Position numbers and translations under genes: made by a program. This document shows, in pieces, positions 19,412-30,076 of a stretch of 64,000 nt of DNA. Every line of letters begins with the position of its first letter. The first letter of the stretch is position 1. The notes beneath the pieces were generated by a model. It had not been told where the DNA came from, ran no database searches, and saw only the letters and a program-made list of their open reading frames with translations. The stretch is from an uncultured virus (IMG/VR IMGVR_UViG_3300031830_000001) (lineage: Duplodnaviria; Heunggongvirae; Uroviricota; Caudoviricetes): the IMG/VR virus record IMGVR_UViG_3300031830_000001, one strand, 5' to 3'.

Positions 19412-20565
19412 AATCTTTCAAAGCTGGGCAGCATTTTTTCTTCAACAATATAATCCCAAGAATATTCCTTAGCTGTAAATTTTTCTAGAGTTTTCTGGGA
19501 AAGTTCATTATATAATTCTTTATTCGTATAGAGTTGATTTAATTTATTCGCCAAATCTTCAGCAGAAACAATACCGTGTTTTACACTCATATCTCTGCCG
19601 AAAATCCACTCTTTTACATCAATTAACAACCCACAATCTGCAAATAGCTCTTTTAAAGACGTATGATTAGCAACTACCTGAGGCGCTCCCGTGGCTGCGT
19701 GTTCTGTATTAACCAATCCCCATCCTTCTCCTTCAGCAGTATTAACTCCTACATCACAAGCATTATACAAAAGATTTAATGCTGCGACTGGAATCTGAGG
19801 GAGCGATTTATCACTTTGGGTCATAATAACTTTTTCTTCTAATCCTAACGTCCTAACTAAATCTGGAATAAACCATCCCGCATCCTTTTGCCCACAATGT
19901 AAATAAAGTTTTACATTATTGGGCTTACCTTCAACAAAAAGTCTAAATCCTTGTAAAGTTAAGTCGATTCTTTTTCTCGGTTGATTTCTATTCCCATTTA
20001 GAACAATAAAAGAATCTTCATCTATTTCTTTAACAGATTGAAATAAAAGTTTTTTAGCGATATGCCTATCCGCAAACATTTTATGGTAATCAGCCTGATT
20101 AACTCCATGCGGAACGACTTTAGATTCTATACCGATTTTTTCTAACTCAGCTTGAGCAAAATTTGTATAAACCCAGAGTTCTTTTACAATATCATAGTTA
20201 TCAAAAAATCTTTTTGGAGGATTATACCCATCAATTGGAATATAAACAATAATTGGTGGAATTTTCTTTAATCCTAAAGATTTAATTGCCTGTAAATAGC
20301 CGTCAACAATTGGCATGTCATTTAAAATAAAAATTCCGCTAAATTGTTCGAGTGATAACTGTCTTAATCGATTAATCCCATAAATATCCCCGCCTAACAT
20401 AGCAGGATAAATTTTCCAATTATACTCGTGGGGGTCTCCAAAATAATTAATAGCTAAATGGTGAACATCAAATCCTTTATTAACTATTCTTGATATGATA
20501 TTGTGTAAAACTGTCGAAAATCCTGTAAAAGTAACACCATCTCCTATAAATAATACTTTTCTCAT
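19402..20565 (-). CDS. Glycosyltransferase, GT-B fold (GT4-like)
   Basis: TGFSTV N-terminus, VPHGV, NRNQPRKR, EGWGLVNTEHAATGAPQV catalytic motif. Confidence 0.9.
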   Translation of the reverse strand: MRKVLFIGDGVTFTGFSTVLHNIISRIVNKGFDVHHLAINYFGDPHEYNWKIYPAMLGGDIYGINRLRQLSLEQFSGIFILNDMPIVDGYLQAIKSLGLKKIPPIIVYIPIDGYNPPKRFFDNYDIVKELWVYTNFAQAELEKIGIESKVVPHGVNQADYHKMFADRHIAKKLLFQSVKEIDEDSFIVLNGNRNQPRKRIDLTLQGFRLFVEGKPNNVKLYLHCGQKDAGWFIPDLVRTLGLEEKVIMTQSDKSLPQIPVAALNLLYNACDVGVNTAEGEGWGLVNTEHAATGAPQVVANHTSLKELFADCGLLIDVKEWIFGRDMSVKHGIVSAEDLANKLNQLYTNKELYNELSQKTLEKFTAKEYSWDYIVEEKMLPSFERLWK

Positions 20566-21074
20566 GGCTCGTCTCCTCTTTCATACCTATTTCCTAAATA
20601 CCCAGGTAGTTTAGCTCCTCTAGTCTTTCCCAATCTTTTTGTGGGAGGCTTTAATGTATTATATAGCTCTTCCCACAATTTATTTAAAATCTCATTCCTA
20701 GTCCTTGATTGTTCTAGATTAGAATATGAGATTTCGGCGTCTCGCCAAGAATGAAAATTCCATGCGCTATTTTCCAGACTTCCCTCAAGAAGAATAATAG
20801 ACGCCATTAAGACGATAACATCCTTATCACTAGGTTCAATAATTCCAAAAGAATCCTCAGAAAATACAAAACTAGCGTTAGGATTTCTATAAATATTATA
20901 GTCAGTATCTAAAAGATATTTAAAATTATTCCATTTTCCTAGCTTATCAACAGCCGATACTAAAGCCGTTCTAATCCATTCATCTAAATAACGATAAGGT
21001 TGAGAAGTATCTCCAATTCTCAACCTGACAAACTGAATAAGAAAATCTAAATTAGTCGGCGTTTGAATTGACAT
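20562..21074 (-). CDS. Putative head-tail adaptor
   Basis: VRLRIGDT N-terminal motif typical of adaptors; synteny. Confidence 0.6.
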   Translation of the reverse strand: MSIQTPTNLDFLIQFVRLRIGDTSQPYRYLDEWIRTALVSAVDKLGKWNNFKYLLDTDYNIYRNPNASFVFSEDSFGIIEPSDKDVIVLMASIILLEGSLENSAWNFHSWRDAEISYSNLEQSRTRNEILNKLWEELYNTLKPPTKRLGKTRGAKLPGYLGNRYERGDEP

Positions 21075-21564
21075 TTACTTCCGCCCCAAAAGATTCTTTC
21101 TGAACTTCAGCTAGTCTTGTCTCAATTAAAGTTAGAATCTTTTCGGACTTCTGTTTCTCCCTAGCAATTGTTAGAATCCTTAAAAGAGTTGTTTCAGATG
21201 TAATTTTCGGCAGTAAATTCTGTAAAGAAAAGAATCTAGAATCCAAGACTTCCTCAATTTCCTCATCGGTAATCTCATTAGGAGTTTTTTCCAAAGGCTG
21301 CTCCTTTCTTTTGTACTCAACAAGGTGTCCATTTTCAAAATGAAACCTATTAGAACGCCTAAAAAATAAATCCTCAAGAGGAGACCACATGTCAATTACA
21401 GTTTCCTCTCCCTTATTCGGGTCGCCCTCCAAAATCATGCCTTGGATTTGCTGAGTAAGAGGGTCGATATATTGCACATATAATTTGCCTAAAATTACTT
21501 TTTTATAACTCTTATAAGGTTTATTCTGCGCCATTAATTCTAGCACGCTTTCCTGAGAAGCCAT
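21052..21564 (-). CDS. Hypothetical protein after major capsid
   Basis: AAGGAGG RBS; operon position. Confidence 0.6.
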   Translation of the reverse strand: MASQESVLELMAQNKPYKSYKKVILGKLYVQYIDPLTQQIQGMILEGDPNKGEETVIDMWSPLEDLFFRRSNRFHFENGHLVEYKRKEQPLEKTPNEITDEEIEEVLDSRFFSLQNLLPKITSETTLLRILTIAREKQKSEKILTLIETRLAEVQKESFGAEVNVNSNAD

Positions 21565-21579
21565 TTATACCTCCTTATA

Positions 21580-21617
21580 AAATAAATAAAAGGGAGGAGG
21601 AGCTTATCCCCCTCCCC
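21580..21617 (-). terminator. Intrinsic terminator after major capsid gene
   Basis: Minus strand gggagggggat-aagc-tcctcctccc followed by ttttattt. Confidence 0.65.
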
Positions 21618-21624
21618 ATATCAA

Positions 21625-22530
21625 CTAGGTAAGTCCAGCAATAACGTAAATACCCTGAGCGTTCCAGACAAGGAGACCAAACTGCTGATAAAGTTCAAGA
21701 TACCATTGAGGAGGAGTCGGTTTGGGGTCAGTATATTGCTTAGTCATGACATCCCCATAAAGTATAAATTCACCAACATTTTCCCCAATGACAACGACTT
21801 TATTCTCAGGAATGAGGGGAGTATAATCTTCTAAGTTATCATAAACCTGGTCGATAACAAAAAGTTTCGCCCCATAAAATTCACCTAAGAATCCCTCCCG
21901 CATAAGCTGGTCAATTCTGCTGGGGCTATAACCACTATCAGTATCACTGCGCCAGAAAGCACTATCAGCAGAAATTGGAGTTAGCGCTTTTCTAGAGCCT
22001 ACAACTGCTCTAACACCTGGCGTTGTTTGATTAATCCTATCAATAGCGTTCTTTAAAGCAGTTGCGTTAAGAGGTCCTCCAACGCTGGTATAGTTATTAG
22101 GAGTATTTGCAGCAGACCACACAGTAGAAAGGGCGGTAAAAATTTTCCGATAGTAGTAATCACGCAGTGCTGCAACCATCTCATTACGGATTTCTTCAAT
22201 TGTCCCCAGCTCCCCAGATTCAAGTTCCCATTCATTATACGTAACTTTGACATTTGCACCGTCTAAGACATAGTTGATTCTATCAGAGACGGTAATTTCA
22301 CTCGCTAGATGAACAGAACCTGGAACCAGTGTACGCACCTCGATTCCCTTACGAATCTTTTTAACTAGGGCATCTCCTGGTTTTAGAGTTCTAGTATTAA
22401 ACAGCATTGAAATAAAGTCGGTTGTAATGTGGTTGGGATTAACGTATTCCACAATTAATTCGGCAACCGCCTGCTTATCACCCGACTTCAGGAGTTCAGC
22501 TACTGCTTCGCGAATTTTCTCTTTTTCCAT
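21625..22530 (-). CDS. Major capsid protein (HK97 fold likely)
   Basis: 301 aa; LTATALKNAI-type helix, GFLGEFYGAKL, IPENKVVVI; position after scaffold; terminator downstream. Confidence 0.8.
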   Translation of the reverse strand: MEKEKIREAVAELLKSGDKQAVAELIVEYVNPNHITTDFISMLFNTRTLKPGDALVKKIRKGIEVRTLVPGSVHLASEITVSDRINYVLDGANVKVTYNEWELESGELGTIEEIRNEMVAALRDYYYRKIFTALSTVWSAANTPNNYTSVGGPLNATALKNAIDRINQTTPGVRAVVGSRKALTPISADSAFWRSDTDSGYSPSRIDQLMREGFLGEFYGAKLFVIDQVYDNLEDYTPLIPENKVVVIGENVGEFILYGDVMTKQYTDPKPTPPQWYLELYQQFGLLVWNAQGIYVIAGLT

Positions 22531-22545
22531 CTTTAAACTCCTTTA

Positions 22546-23103
22546 TTATTTGACTAATCTAAAGGTTAACTTATTAGCGGAACTATCAAAGCGAACAACC
22601 TCAGCAACTACATTGGAAGTTCCATATTGTAATTTGCCTTTATCACTGCCAGCATGTGCAACGGACAAAGTAGCACCTGGGGTTTGAATGTTGCTTGAAT
22701 AGATAAAAACTCCGCTAGATACGGTAAACACGCCATCGCCAAATGCCACAGCAAGTTGATTAGCGGGAATAGTCAACCCCTCCTGAACCGAAGGATTAGT
22801 TACATAAACTGTTGCAGAAAACGGCGTATTATCAGGCCGGTCAAATCCATATCTCAATGCCCAGGAAAGGGCTGGTTCGGGGTTGTACATCGGCATTTGA
22901 GCATTCGACTGAGCAAAAGCGACTACATATTTAGCTTGCGCTGCTTCAGTAGCATTTGCAGGAAGTTTTACTCCAGGAAGGTCAGTTCTCGACCCGAAAT
23001 CATAATTTTCAGTGTGGGAGGTAAATAGAACCATCCGACCTTCTGGAATAGCTTCTGTAGTTACAACACCAAAAACTTTTCCATCAAATTCATTAATAAT
23101 CAT
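22546..23103 (-). CDS. Putative capsid decoration/cement protein
   Basis: Beta-rich 185 aa between scaffold and capsid genes. Confidence 0.55.
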   Translation of the reverse strand: MIINEFDGKVFGVVTTEAIPEGRMVLFTSHTENYDFGSRTDLPGVKLPANATEAAQAKYVVAFAQSNAQMPMYNPEPALSWALRYGFDRPDNTPFSATVYVTNPSVQEGLTIPANQLAVAFGDGVFTVSSGVFIYSSNIQTPGATLSVAHAGSDKGKLQYGTSNVVAEVVRFDSSANKLTFRLVK

Positions 23104-23115
23104 CGCTACTCTCCT

Positions 23116-24348
23116 TTATAAAATTTCTTTAAGTAATTTTGCTAATTGAGAAGGAGTATATTCTTTCTCTGCTCCATCAAATGTATTTACATTTGGGACA
23201 GAGGCTTTTGCGGTTTTACTTTCACGAGAAGCGAAAGAAACCAGCTCTTGAACCATAAATTCAAGCGCAGAATCAGATAAATTAAGGAGCATATCTTTAT
23301 TCTCCTCAAAATAAGATTCAGGCTTTTCAATTCCTCTATCAGCAAACAGACGTTTAATGTTTTCTAATTTAATTTGAGCTTCTTTTTCAGCTTCAGCTTG
23401 CTGCTTATACAAGCGAAGCTCTTCAAGTTCAGCTTCATAAGTCTGAAGTTGAGCTTGTAGCTCACCAATTGTTTTTTCAAGCTCGCCAATCTTGGCTAAG
23501 GCTTCTTCAAGTTCCATAGTTGCATTCTCCTCTTCATTAATTTGTTTCAAAATACGTCTAGCTTTTTCTAATAATCTTTTTCTCAATTCTGGAGTTAACC
23601 ATCCCTCTCCAGTATTTTCTTGAGATAACCTTACTATCGCATTGCGTAAATGAGGTAAGTCAATATTTCCCTCATCATCTTTATAAGGTAGATGCCTCAA
23701 AGAACGAGGAACTGTCTTTCCCTCCTCATCTTTTTTACCCCCGTCTTCGATATATAAGAAAGCAGAATCGGGTAAATCATTAATATATTTACGAGACCAT
23801 TTCTCAGCATCTGAATCCTCAACGGAGGCTATTGCTAAAAATTTAGCTCTGTCGGCATAGGCAGGATTAGCCACAATTGCAACACCAGTTAAAATTGTAC
23901 CTTTTAGAATTTCAACATCATTTTCAAACTCAGATTCGTGATAAGAGATTTCCCAAGAAACTTTAGGAAGATTCCCCTCCGATGCCATTTCCTCCAATAG
24001 GCTGACATCATCAGGTCTTTCTTTTTTCCATAAAGCAGCCAGGGCAACTAGACTATTTCTATTATTAATAACATCTTTCTTTATATGCGTAATAACACCA
24101 ATAGGCTTTTTCTCAGCCTCTTTATGTCCGTTTGAAATTTGATTAAAATCCATTTTAAGGGGCGTATATACTCCCGTCATAATCAAATTATCAAATTCCG
24201 ATTCTGGGATTTTCTGGTTATTCAAGTTAACATCATCATCTGTTAAAACAAACTTCGCCCACTTGAAAAATGGATTTAATCCAATTGAGGCTGTAGCCTC
24301 ATTGGTTAAAAATTCAAAAGAGGTTTCAAATGTTTGTTTATTCGACAT
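23116..24348 (-). CDS. Prohead protease/scaffold fusion
   Basis: N-terminal herpes/HK97-like protease features (NLNNQ, GH, VSWEI, GVAIVANPAY); C-terminal coiled-coil scaffold. Confidence 0.75.
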   Translation of the reverse strand: MSNKQTFETSFEFLTNEATASIGLNPFFKWAKFVLTDDDVNLNNQKIPESEFDNLIMTGVYTPLKMDFNQISNGHKEAEKKPIGVITHIKKDVINNRNSLVALAALWKKERPDDVSLLEEMASEGNLPKVSWEISYHESEFENDVEILKGTILTGVAIVANPAYADRAKFLAIASVEDSDAEKWSRKYINDLPDSAFLYIEDGGKKDEEGKTVPRSLRHLPYKDDEGNIDLPHLRNAIVRLSQENTGEGWLTPELRKRLLEKARRILKQINEEENATMELEEALAKIGELEKTIGELQAQLQTYEAELEELRLYKQQAEAEKEAQIKLENIKRLFADRGIEKPESYFEENKDMLLNLSDSALEFMVQELVSFASRESKTAKASVPNVNTFDGAEKEYTPSQLAKLLKEIL

Positions 24349-24404
24349 TGCTCCTCCTAATTCATTTACTATTATATAAAAGTTTCATTAATATTGGTTA
24401 TTTA

Positions 24405-25754
24405 TCAATCAACTTCCTGTTGCATTTTTCTTTTTTCCTCATCATAATCAAGTCCAAAAACTCTTCCTAGACTCTCAAGCGATATTCCGCCTTCCTTTCT
24501 TAGCTCAAATAGACCTCTAACAAAATCGCTAAAACTATAAAAATCAATACTTCCGAATTTCACTTTTGGAATCGTCGTTAGGTTATTCAAAATACCAATT
24601 TGATTAACGATATATTTAGCAATGGGTAGTAAATCTTTTTGCATTGTCTCCATTGTTTTTATCGGAGACTTTGTAGCTAACTCATGATTAGACGCCTGAG
24701 TTCGTAAAGTTTCACCTGTGGTCAAAATTCTAGGAAACCCAAGGGCAAAGAAAATGTCATTATTAACCTCTTCATATTTAGACGAGCTTAATAAAACATC
24801 AATTTGAGGTATTACCCACGAGATTTCCACCGTATGATTTGTGAATAATTGAACAATTCTTTCGATATTAGAATCACCAGCGTTTTTATAACGCAATTGA
24901 TTCCGAATATTTGAAAAAATCTCATCCTCCTCTCCTTCAAGAAGTGGGTATGTATCATTACCTACTTTAATATGCTGAATAGCTGCAATAACTCTAGCAG
25001 CTAAAGCATAATCCATTCTGCGCATATTTCTCTTATGCTTTAGAGAATCCAGCGCTGGGTAGAGATAAGGAATTGGATAAGGCGAATCTGGTAAATAACG
25101 CCCTCTTACAATTAATTCATTGTTTAACAGAATTTCTCTTTTACCGTTGAGAACATCCCTAACAAAATCTGGAAAGTTTTTCTCCAGCCACTGGTACCTC
25201 TCTTTATCAATTGTCCCATCAGGATAAGTCCCCTTTGAGCGGATAAACATGATTAAATCATCAGGAATCATCAAAGAATAAGATGGTTTATCATTACTGA
25301 TAAAAGATGAATTAATCTTGATATGCTCTGAATTTCTAATCCACATTGAAACTGGAAAATAAAGTCGCATATATTTCTTAATACCAAAACTTCTAATTGC
25401 GACTCTATCTACAGGCTCAAAAGTTATCTCAGGGACAACTAAACCCGTAATTAAATATTCCAGTCCACACAGTCGTAAAAATTTATTAATCTCACCCAGA
25501 TAAGCCTCATAAATTTTGCGGTCATTTTGAGGTAGGGAAGATAAATCTAATTCTAAATCTGTTATTCCAATTTCAACCAATTTATTAATAACTGTGCTGG
25601 CAATAGGGTCGCTGCGATAAAAAAAGCGACATTCCTGCACAACCTTTTGATAATCTTCTAATCTAGATGACTCCAGTCTATCGACATCTAAATTTTTCCA
25701 CACAACCGGCGCTTCTAAAATTGCAGAAGTAGCTTTTTTAGTAATTGTTGACAT
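24405..25754 (-). CDS. Portal protein
   Basis: Follows terminase; CRFFYRSDPIASTVINKLVE and IFFALGFPRILTTGE motifs. Confidence 0.8.
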   Translation of the reverse strand: MSTITKKATSAILEAPVVWKNLDVDRLESSRLEDYQKVVQECRFFYRSDPIASTVINKLVEIGITDLELDLSSLPQNDRKIYEAYLGEINKFLRLCGLEYLITGLVVPEITFEPVDRVAIRSFGIKKYMRLYFPVSMWIRNSEHIKINSSFISNDKPSYSLMIPDDLIMFIRSKGTYPDGTIDKERYQWLEKNFPDFVRDVLNGKREILLNNELIVRGRYLPDSPYPIPYLYPALDSLKHKRNMRRMDYALAARVIAAIQHIKVGNDTYPLLEGEEDEIFSNIRNQLRYKNAGDSNIERIVQLFTNHTVEISWVIPQIDVLLSSSKYEEVNNDIFFALGFPRILTTGETLRTQASNHELATKSPIKTMETMQKDLLPIAKYIVNQIGILNNLTTIPKVKFGSIDFYSFSDFVRGLFELRKEGGISLESLGRVFGLDYDEEKRKMQQEVD

Positions 25755-27324
25755 AATTTATACTCCAAACATTTAATCTTGGCTGCCCTAATTTAATAAC
25801 TTTACCCTTCCGAAAGCTTTTAAATTCATTTTTCACATAATAAGCAAGGCAAAAACAAAGAAGAGCTGATGTAAAGTGGTCATCTCCTCGTTTGCCACCT
25901 CGTTCTGTTAAAGTTCTAAAAACCACCTCTCCTGCAGGAGTTTTTGTATAAGTCATTCTTTCAAGCTCAGCAACTGTTTCTAAATCTGTAGATGAATAAA
26001 TTATTTTATGCTGATTAGAATAATCCTGTAAGATATTCACAGCTAGGGGTTTAGTTCGCATACTAATTGGCGAACCGTCTGCATTTATCCCCAAATCTGT
26101 ATTACCTGAAAAATTAACTGGATAAAGAATGTTATCATACTTTTTATGCGAATACTCTGGACTATTAATTAAATTAGGAATTACTGCTCTACCTGCATTT
26201 CCCTCATCTATCGCTACTAGAATGGGACTAAACTTTTCAAATAAGAAGTCCAAAATACGCTCTTGTAAATAATAATTGACCCTAGTTAATTGAATTTTAG
26301 CGTGGAATCTTATCCTACCATAATTATCAGCATACAAAATAAAAATCGCAGTAGGTTCAGTAACTCCTAAATCAACCCCCATAAAAACTGGATATTTTCT
26401 GTCTGGTATGGAGGGGAGGATAGATAACTTGTTAATATACTCTACAATATTATCAGAAATAGCCGACCCATCAAACGCTAACTTATATACTGGATATTCC
26501 TCAATAGCCATCAACTCACGGTCAAACAGAGCAAAAATAGGTCTCCCAGGTAGACCTAAGACGTTATGAATATAATCATCAGAGTCCTCCCCACCATAAG
26601 TTTCGATTGCTTTTTGCTTATCTATCTCAGTAAACCTGGGATTGTCAAAAGCTGATACATGATGTTTTGAATAATCTTTGTTTTCATTTTGACAATGCCA
26701 GTTTACATTCTTCTCGCGAATACCATTAGGTACGCCTGAAACAATCAGTCGATTTCCTTTTGTAAATGTTTTAATTACTGGCTGTAATTCAAGAAATGTT
26801 TTATAAGGATAAAAAGCCGATTCATCTAAAATAACAAATGGTGTGTGCAACCCCACAACATTAGCACCTGTCCCCGATGTGCCTGCAATGCGGCAAATAA
26901 GAGATGACCCTAATTTAGTCGTAATTGTAAATGTCGAACCATTCACCCCCTTATTAGGGTCGAGAAAATGCTGTAAAAATGAATTACCTCGCAGAAGTTT
27001 TACCAAATAATTTACCCAAACGGGTTCTAGATGAACCCTATTAGGTACGGTATAGACAATATAATCATCTGGGAATACATTAAAGATTAAACACCATAAA
27101 ATTAAACCAGAAAGAGCTGCTGTTTTTCCTACAGAACGAGCGCAGGAAATACTAACATTATGGTTGAAATCCAGCATAAACTCTTTTTGATACACTGTTA
27201 ATTCAAATTCTTCATCCCCCTCTAATTTATCATAATTCATTATAAACTCGAAGAAAAGAACTGGATTTCTCAGAATCTCATATAAAACTAGGTCTTCTTG
27301 AGTTACTCTTTCAACAACTGCCAA
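25738..27324 (-). CDS. terL: Terminase large subunit
   Basis: ARSVGKT Walker A, VILDE Walker B, VSGVP coupling motif, MGVDLG and DDH nuclease residues. Confidence 0.9.
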   Translation of the reverse strand: MAVVERVTQEDLVLYEILRNPVLFFEFIMNYDKLEGDEEFELTVYQKEFMLDFNHNVSISCARSVGKTAALSGLILWCLIFNVFPDDYIVYTVPNRVHLEPVWVNYLVKLLRGNSFLQHFLDPNKGVNGSTFTITTKLGSSLICRIAGTSGTGANVVGLHTPFVILDESAFYPYKTFLELQPVIKTFTKGNRLIVSGVPNGIREKNVNWHCQNENKDYSKHHVSAFDNPRFTEIDKQKAIETYGGEDSDDYIHNVLGLPGRPIFALFDRELMAIEEYPVYKLAFDGSAISDNIVEYINKLSILPSIPDRKYPVFMGVDLGVTEPTAIFILYADNYGRIRFHAKIQLTRVNYYLQERILDFLFEKFSPILVAIDEGNAGRAVIPNLINSPEYSHKKYDNILYPVNFSGNTDLGINADGSPISMRTKPLAVNILQDYSNQHKIIYSSTDLETVAELERMTYTKTPAGEVVFRTLTERGGKRGDDHFTSALLCFCLAYYVKNEFKSFRKGKVIKLGQPRLNVWSINYVNNY

Positions 27325-28139
27325 AGCTCGTTGTAAAACCTCCGCATAATATTAGCCCATGAAAATTGAGCTAATTTTTCTTTATTTACAGCTATTTTTT
27401 CCTTATTCTTTAGAATATTATAAATATTTTCCTCTAAATTGGGTGATTCTATATCGATTCTAATAGCTAGTTCATCATACCAATCATAAGAGGGAAGTGT
27501 AGGTACGACCCCTGTAGCACCGCAAGCAATGCCTTCAAGAACAGCTACCTCAAATCCCTCAATCGCTCTCAAACCAAACACATAGCTAACCTGATTAAGT
27601 AAGTTCCGAAAATCAACTTCTGACATATATTCTAGATATAAATACGATTCACCAAACTTAAAATCCTCCCCAGTGTGGATAAACGGATATTTAGCCTTTT
27701 TGCAGGCTCGATAAATTTTATCCAAATGCTCAGTTTCTGCTACATGACCAGTAGCAAAGACTAGATTAGCTCTACTATAGTCGTTGAAATTATAATAAAT
27801 ATTAGGGTCATAGCCGAAAGGTAAGTACAAAAAATTAAATTTTTTATCAGTCTCTTTGGGTAAATCGTAAAAAGAAACGGTCAACAAAGACTTTTCCCAT
27901 AAAGTATCCCAGGCATAATTACCCGCTGTTTTATAGCATTCCTGAAATAAAACAAGATTTTTAGCCTGTAAAGCAACCTCAACTTCACCCAAACCAATGA
28001 TGTGAACAATTTGAATATCGGAATCCTCCATTCTATCTACCCATTCAACCCAAATTGGCGCGTAATCTCTAAATGCTTTTCTAATCTTTTTAAAAACAAT
28101 TCCCCAATCAGGGTGTTGATATTCATAAATCCTTACCAT
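27303..28139 (-). CDS. Glycosyltransferase, GT-B (GT4-like)
   Basis: PFGYDP and EGFEVAVLEGIACGA motifs. Confidence 0.8.
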   Translation of the reverse strand: MVRIYEYQHPDWGIVFKKIRKAFRDYAPIWVEWVDRMEDSDIQIVHIIGLGEVEVALQAKNLVLFQECYKTAGNYAWDTLWEKSLLTVSFYDLPKETDKKFNFLYLPFGYDPNIYYNFNDYSRANLVFATGHVAETEHLDKIYRACKKAKYPFIHTGEDFKFGESYLYLEYMSEVDFRNLLNQVSYVFGLRAIEGFEVAVLEGIACGATGVVPTLPSYDWYDELAIRIDIESPNLEENIYNILKNKEKIAVNKEKLAQFSWANIMRRFYNELWQLLKE

Positions 28140-28948
28140 ACTTCCTCCTTAAAACTAACATTGGAAAATCCCCAGGCTTCGTTATTCATAGTTGGTTGAT
28201 TAAAATTCAAAACAAATCTATCAGCGTCATTTGCTATTCCCGAACCGCCAAATCCTCCCTCGTGCCGAATATGAAACACGGGGCAGTTAAAAATAGGCAC
28301 TAATTTATATCCCAAATTAGCAGCTTTACGCTGAACATTTGAATCTGAAAAACCCCGATAAACCATCTGCTCCTCAAAACCTCGAATATCAAACCATATT
28401 TTTCTAGAGGCTAGTTGAAAATCACCACAACAATCAATAATAGACCAGACATCTTGTTTATTAATCCCAGAATACCCATGACAAAAATATCCATCATAAT
28501 TTGAAAATAGATACTCTTGGGAATTATTTATTTGGCGAAGTTCCTCCAAACTAATATCCCTTCTAGCTATAATATAAAAACAATTTTCATCTGGTTGAAA
28601 GGTCAACTTTAAAGGCGCAACAATATCAATGTTAGACGAAATAATAAAATCCCCCTTGGCACGCCTAATTCCAATATTCCTAGCCAAAACCTCAACCACT
28701 GCCTGAGAATCTAAAGGTAGTCCCAAATTGAAAACAAATTCATTTGTTACTTGAATATGGCGAATACGCCCAGTTTTTTCAATGTAATCCTTAATTTCAG
28801 TAAACAACGAGATGTTATTTGGAGAATTCCAATCAACATAGATTACCTCATCGCATAGTTTAACAAAGCTGTTTAAACAATAAACAGCTCTTTCATTTAG
28901 ATTTCCTCCGTAATTATCATTTCTAGCAATTATCACACTACTTAACAT
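28133..28948 (-). CDS. Glycosyltransferase, GT-A (GT2-like)
   Basis: RNDNYGG, VDWNS, ARNIGIRRAKGDFII, NID, CGDF, RGFEE. Confidence 0.75.
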   Translation of the reverse strand: MLSSVIIARNDNYGGNLNERAVYCLNSFVKLCDEVIYVDWNSPNNISLFTEIKDYIEKTGRIRHIQVTNEFVFNLGLPLDSQAVVEVLARNIGIRRAKGDFIISSNIDIVAPLKLTFQPDENCFYIIARRDISLEELRQINNSQEYLFSNYDGYFCHGYSGINKQDVWSIIDCCGDFQLASRKIWFDIRGFEEQMVYRGFSDSNVQRKAANLGYKLVPIFNCPVFHIRHEGGFGGSGIANDADRFVLNFNQPTMNNEAWGFSNVSFKEEVW

Positions 28949-28993
28949 AGTTACTTTTCCAAATTTTTATTGAACTAATAAACTCCTTATAAC

Positions 28994-30076
28994 TTAAAAT
29001 AAGCTCATCCAGTACTGGTATGCATTCCTCGCCCTATTAGGCATATAAGCAAATAAAGAATCTGCATCCTCTCCTTGACAAATTGATTTTATAACCTTTT
29101 TATTATACGCATAACCTAGTAGTTCATTCTCAAAATTAGCTACAAGACTCTGTGGATTCCTTTCTTGAAAAACTGTCGCCTCAGTCAACACTATTTGGGG
29201 CTTTGCTTTAGCAATTACGTAATAACTTGCCCAAATATCATCCATCCTTCCTACATGCGGAACTATAAAATAATACGGGACTATATTTCGATGAATAACA
29301 GTATTTTGAGAATTAAAAGGTGTTATATGATTTTTATCAAGTAATAAATAAGTATCGAATTTTGATTCAAAAAGATACTGACTATTTTGTGTACACGCTC
29401 TTAATACGGCATCAAAATCTGGTATTCCATTCCACAATCCTATAACAATATCGGGGCTAAAATCAGCAAGTAAGTCATATTTAATATCAAATTCCTCTAG
29501 TAAACCATCAAAGTACAACTCAAAAGGAAATCCCCTAACCCACATTGAGTCGTGTACCATATCCGATAAAAGATAATTATACTTTTTTGCATAGTAATTA
29601 AGAATATTCACAAGAACGGGTTTTTCAGGTTTAGGTCTTAAAACATTAAAATTACTCCCAGTAAATTTTCGTAAAAACATAAAGTCATACCAATCATGGT
29701 AGGGAATATTATCATCATCAACTAAGGCTATCCATTCAGCGCCCTCCTGATAGGCGTATAAAACACCTAAATTTCTTCTCTGGATGCAATTCCACCCGAT
29801 TAGCTCAGAAAGTTCAACATCAATATCTTGCTGAAATTCAGGCGAGAGATAAACTATATTTTTGAAATTTTTTTCAAGTTCATAATAATCTTCATGAGGT
29901 GTTTTTAAATCACCAACTATAATAAATAAACAGTTATGTTGTTCGGCAATTTCACAAAATCGTAAAATTGCTCTGGAGGGCTTATAAATAGTTGTAGTTA
30001 CTATAGCAGTTTTAATTGAAAAATTTTTCAACTTTGACTCAAGAATAACGTCAAAAAGATTTGTAGTAGTAATCAT
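28994..30076 (-). CDS. STELLO/RGP (GT75-related) protein: glycosyltransferase or NDP-sugar mutase
   Basis: VTTTI, VGDLKTP, RRNLG..YA, VDDDN, RGFP, GLWNGIPDFDA, PFNSQNT, GRMDDIW. Confidence 0.75.
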   Translation of the reverse strand: MITTTNLFDVILESKLKNFSIKTAIVTTTIYKPSRAILRFCEIAEQHNCLFIIVGDLKTPHEDYYELEKNFKNIVYLSPEFQQDIDVELSELIGWNCIQRRNLGVLYAYQEGAEWIALVDDDNIPYHDWYDFMFLRKFTGSNFNVLRPKPEKPVLVNILNYYAKKYNYLLSDMVHDSMWVRGFPFELYFDGLLEEFDIKYDLLADFSPDIVIGLWNGIPDFDAVLRACTQNSQYLFESKFDTYLLLDKNHITPFNSQNTVIHRNIVPYYFIVPHVGRMDDIWASYYVIAKAKPQIVLTEATVFQERNPQSLVANFENELLGYAYNKKVIKSICQGEDADSLFAYMPNRARNAYQYWMSLF

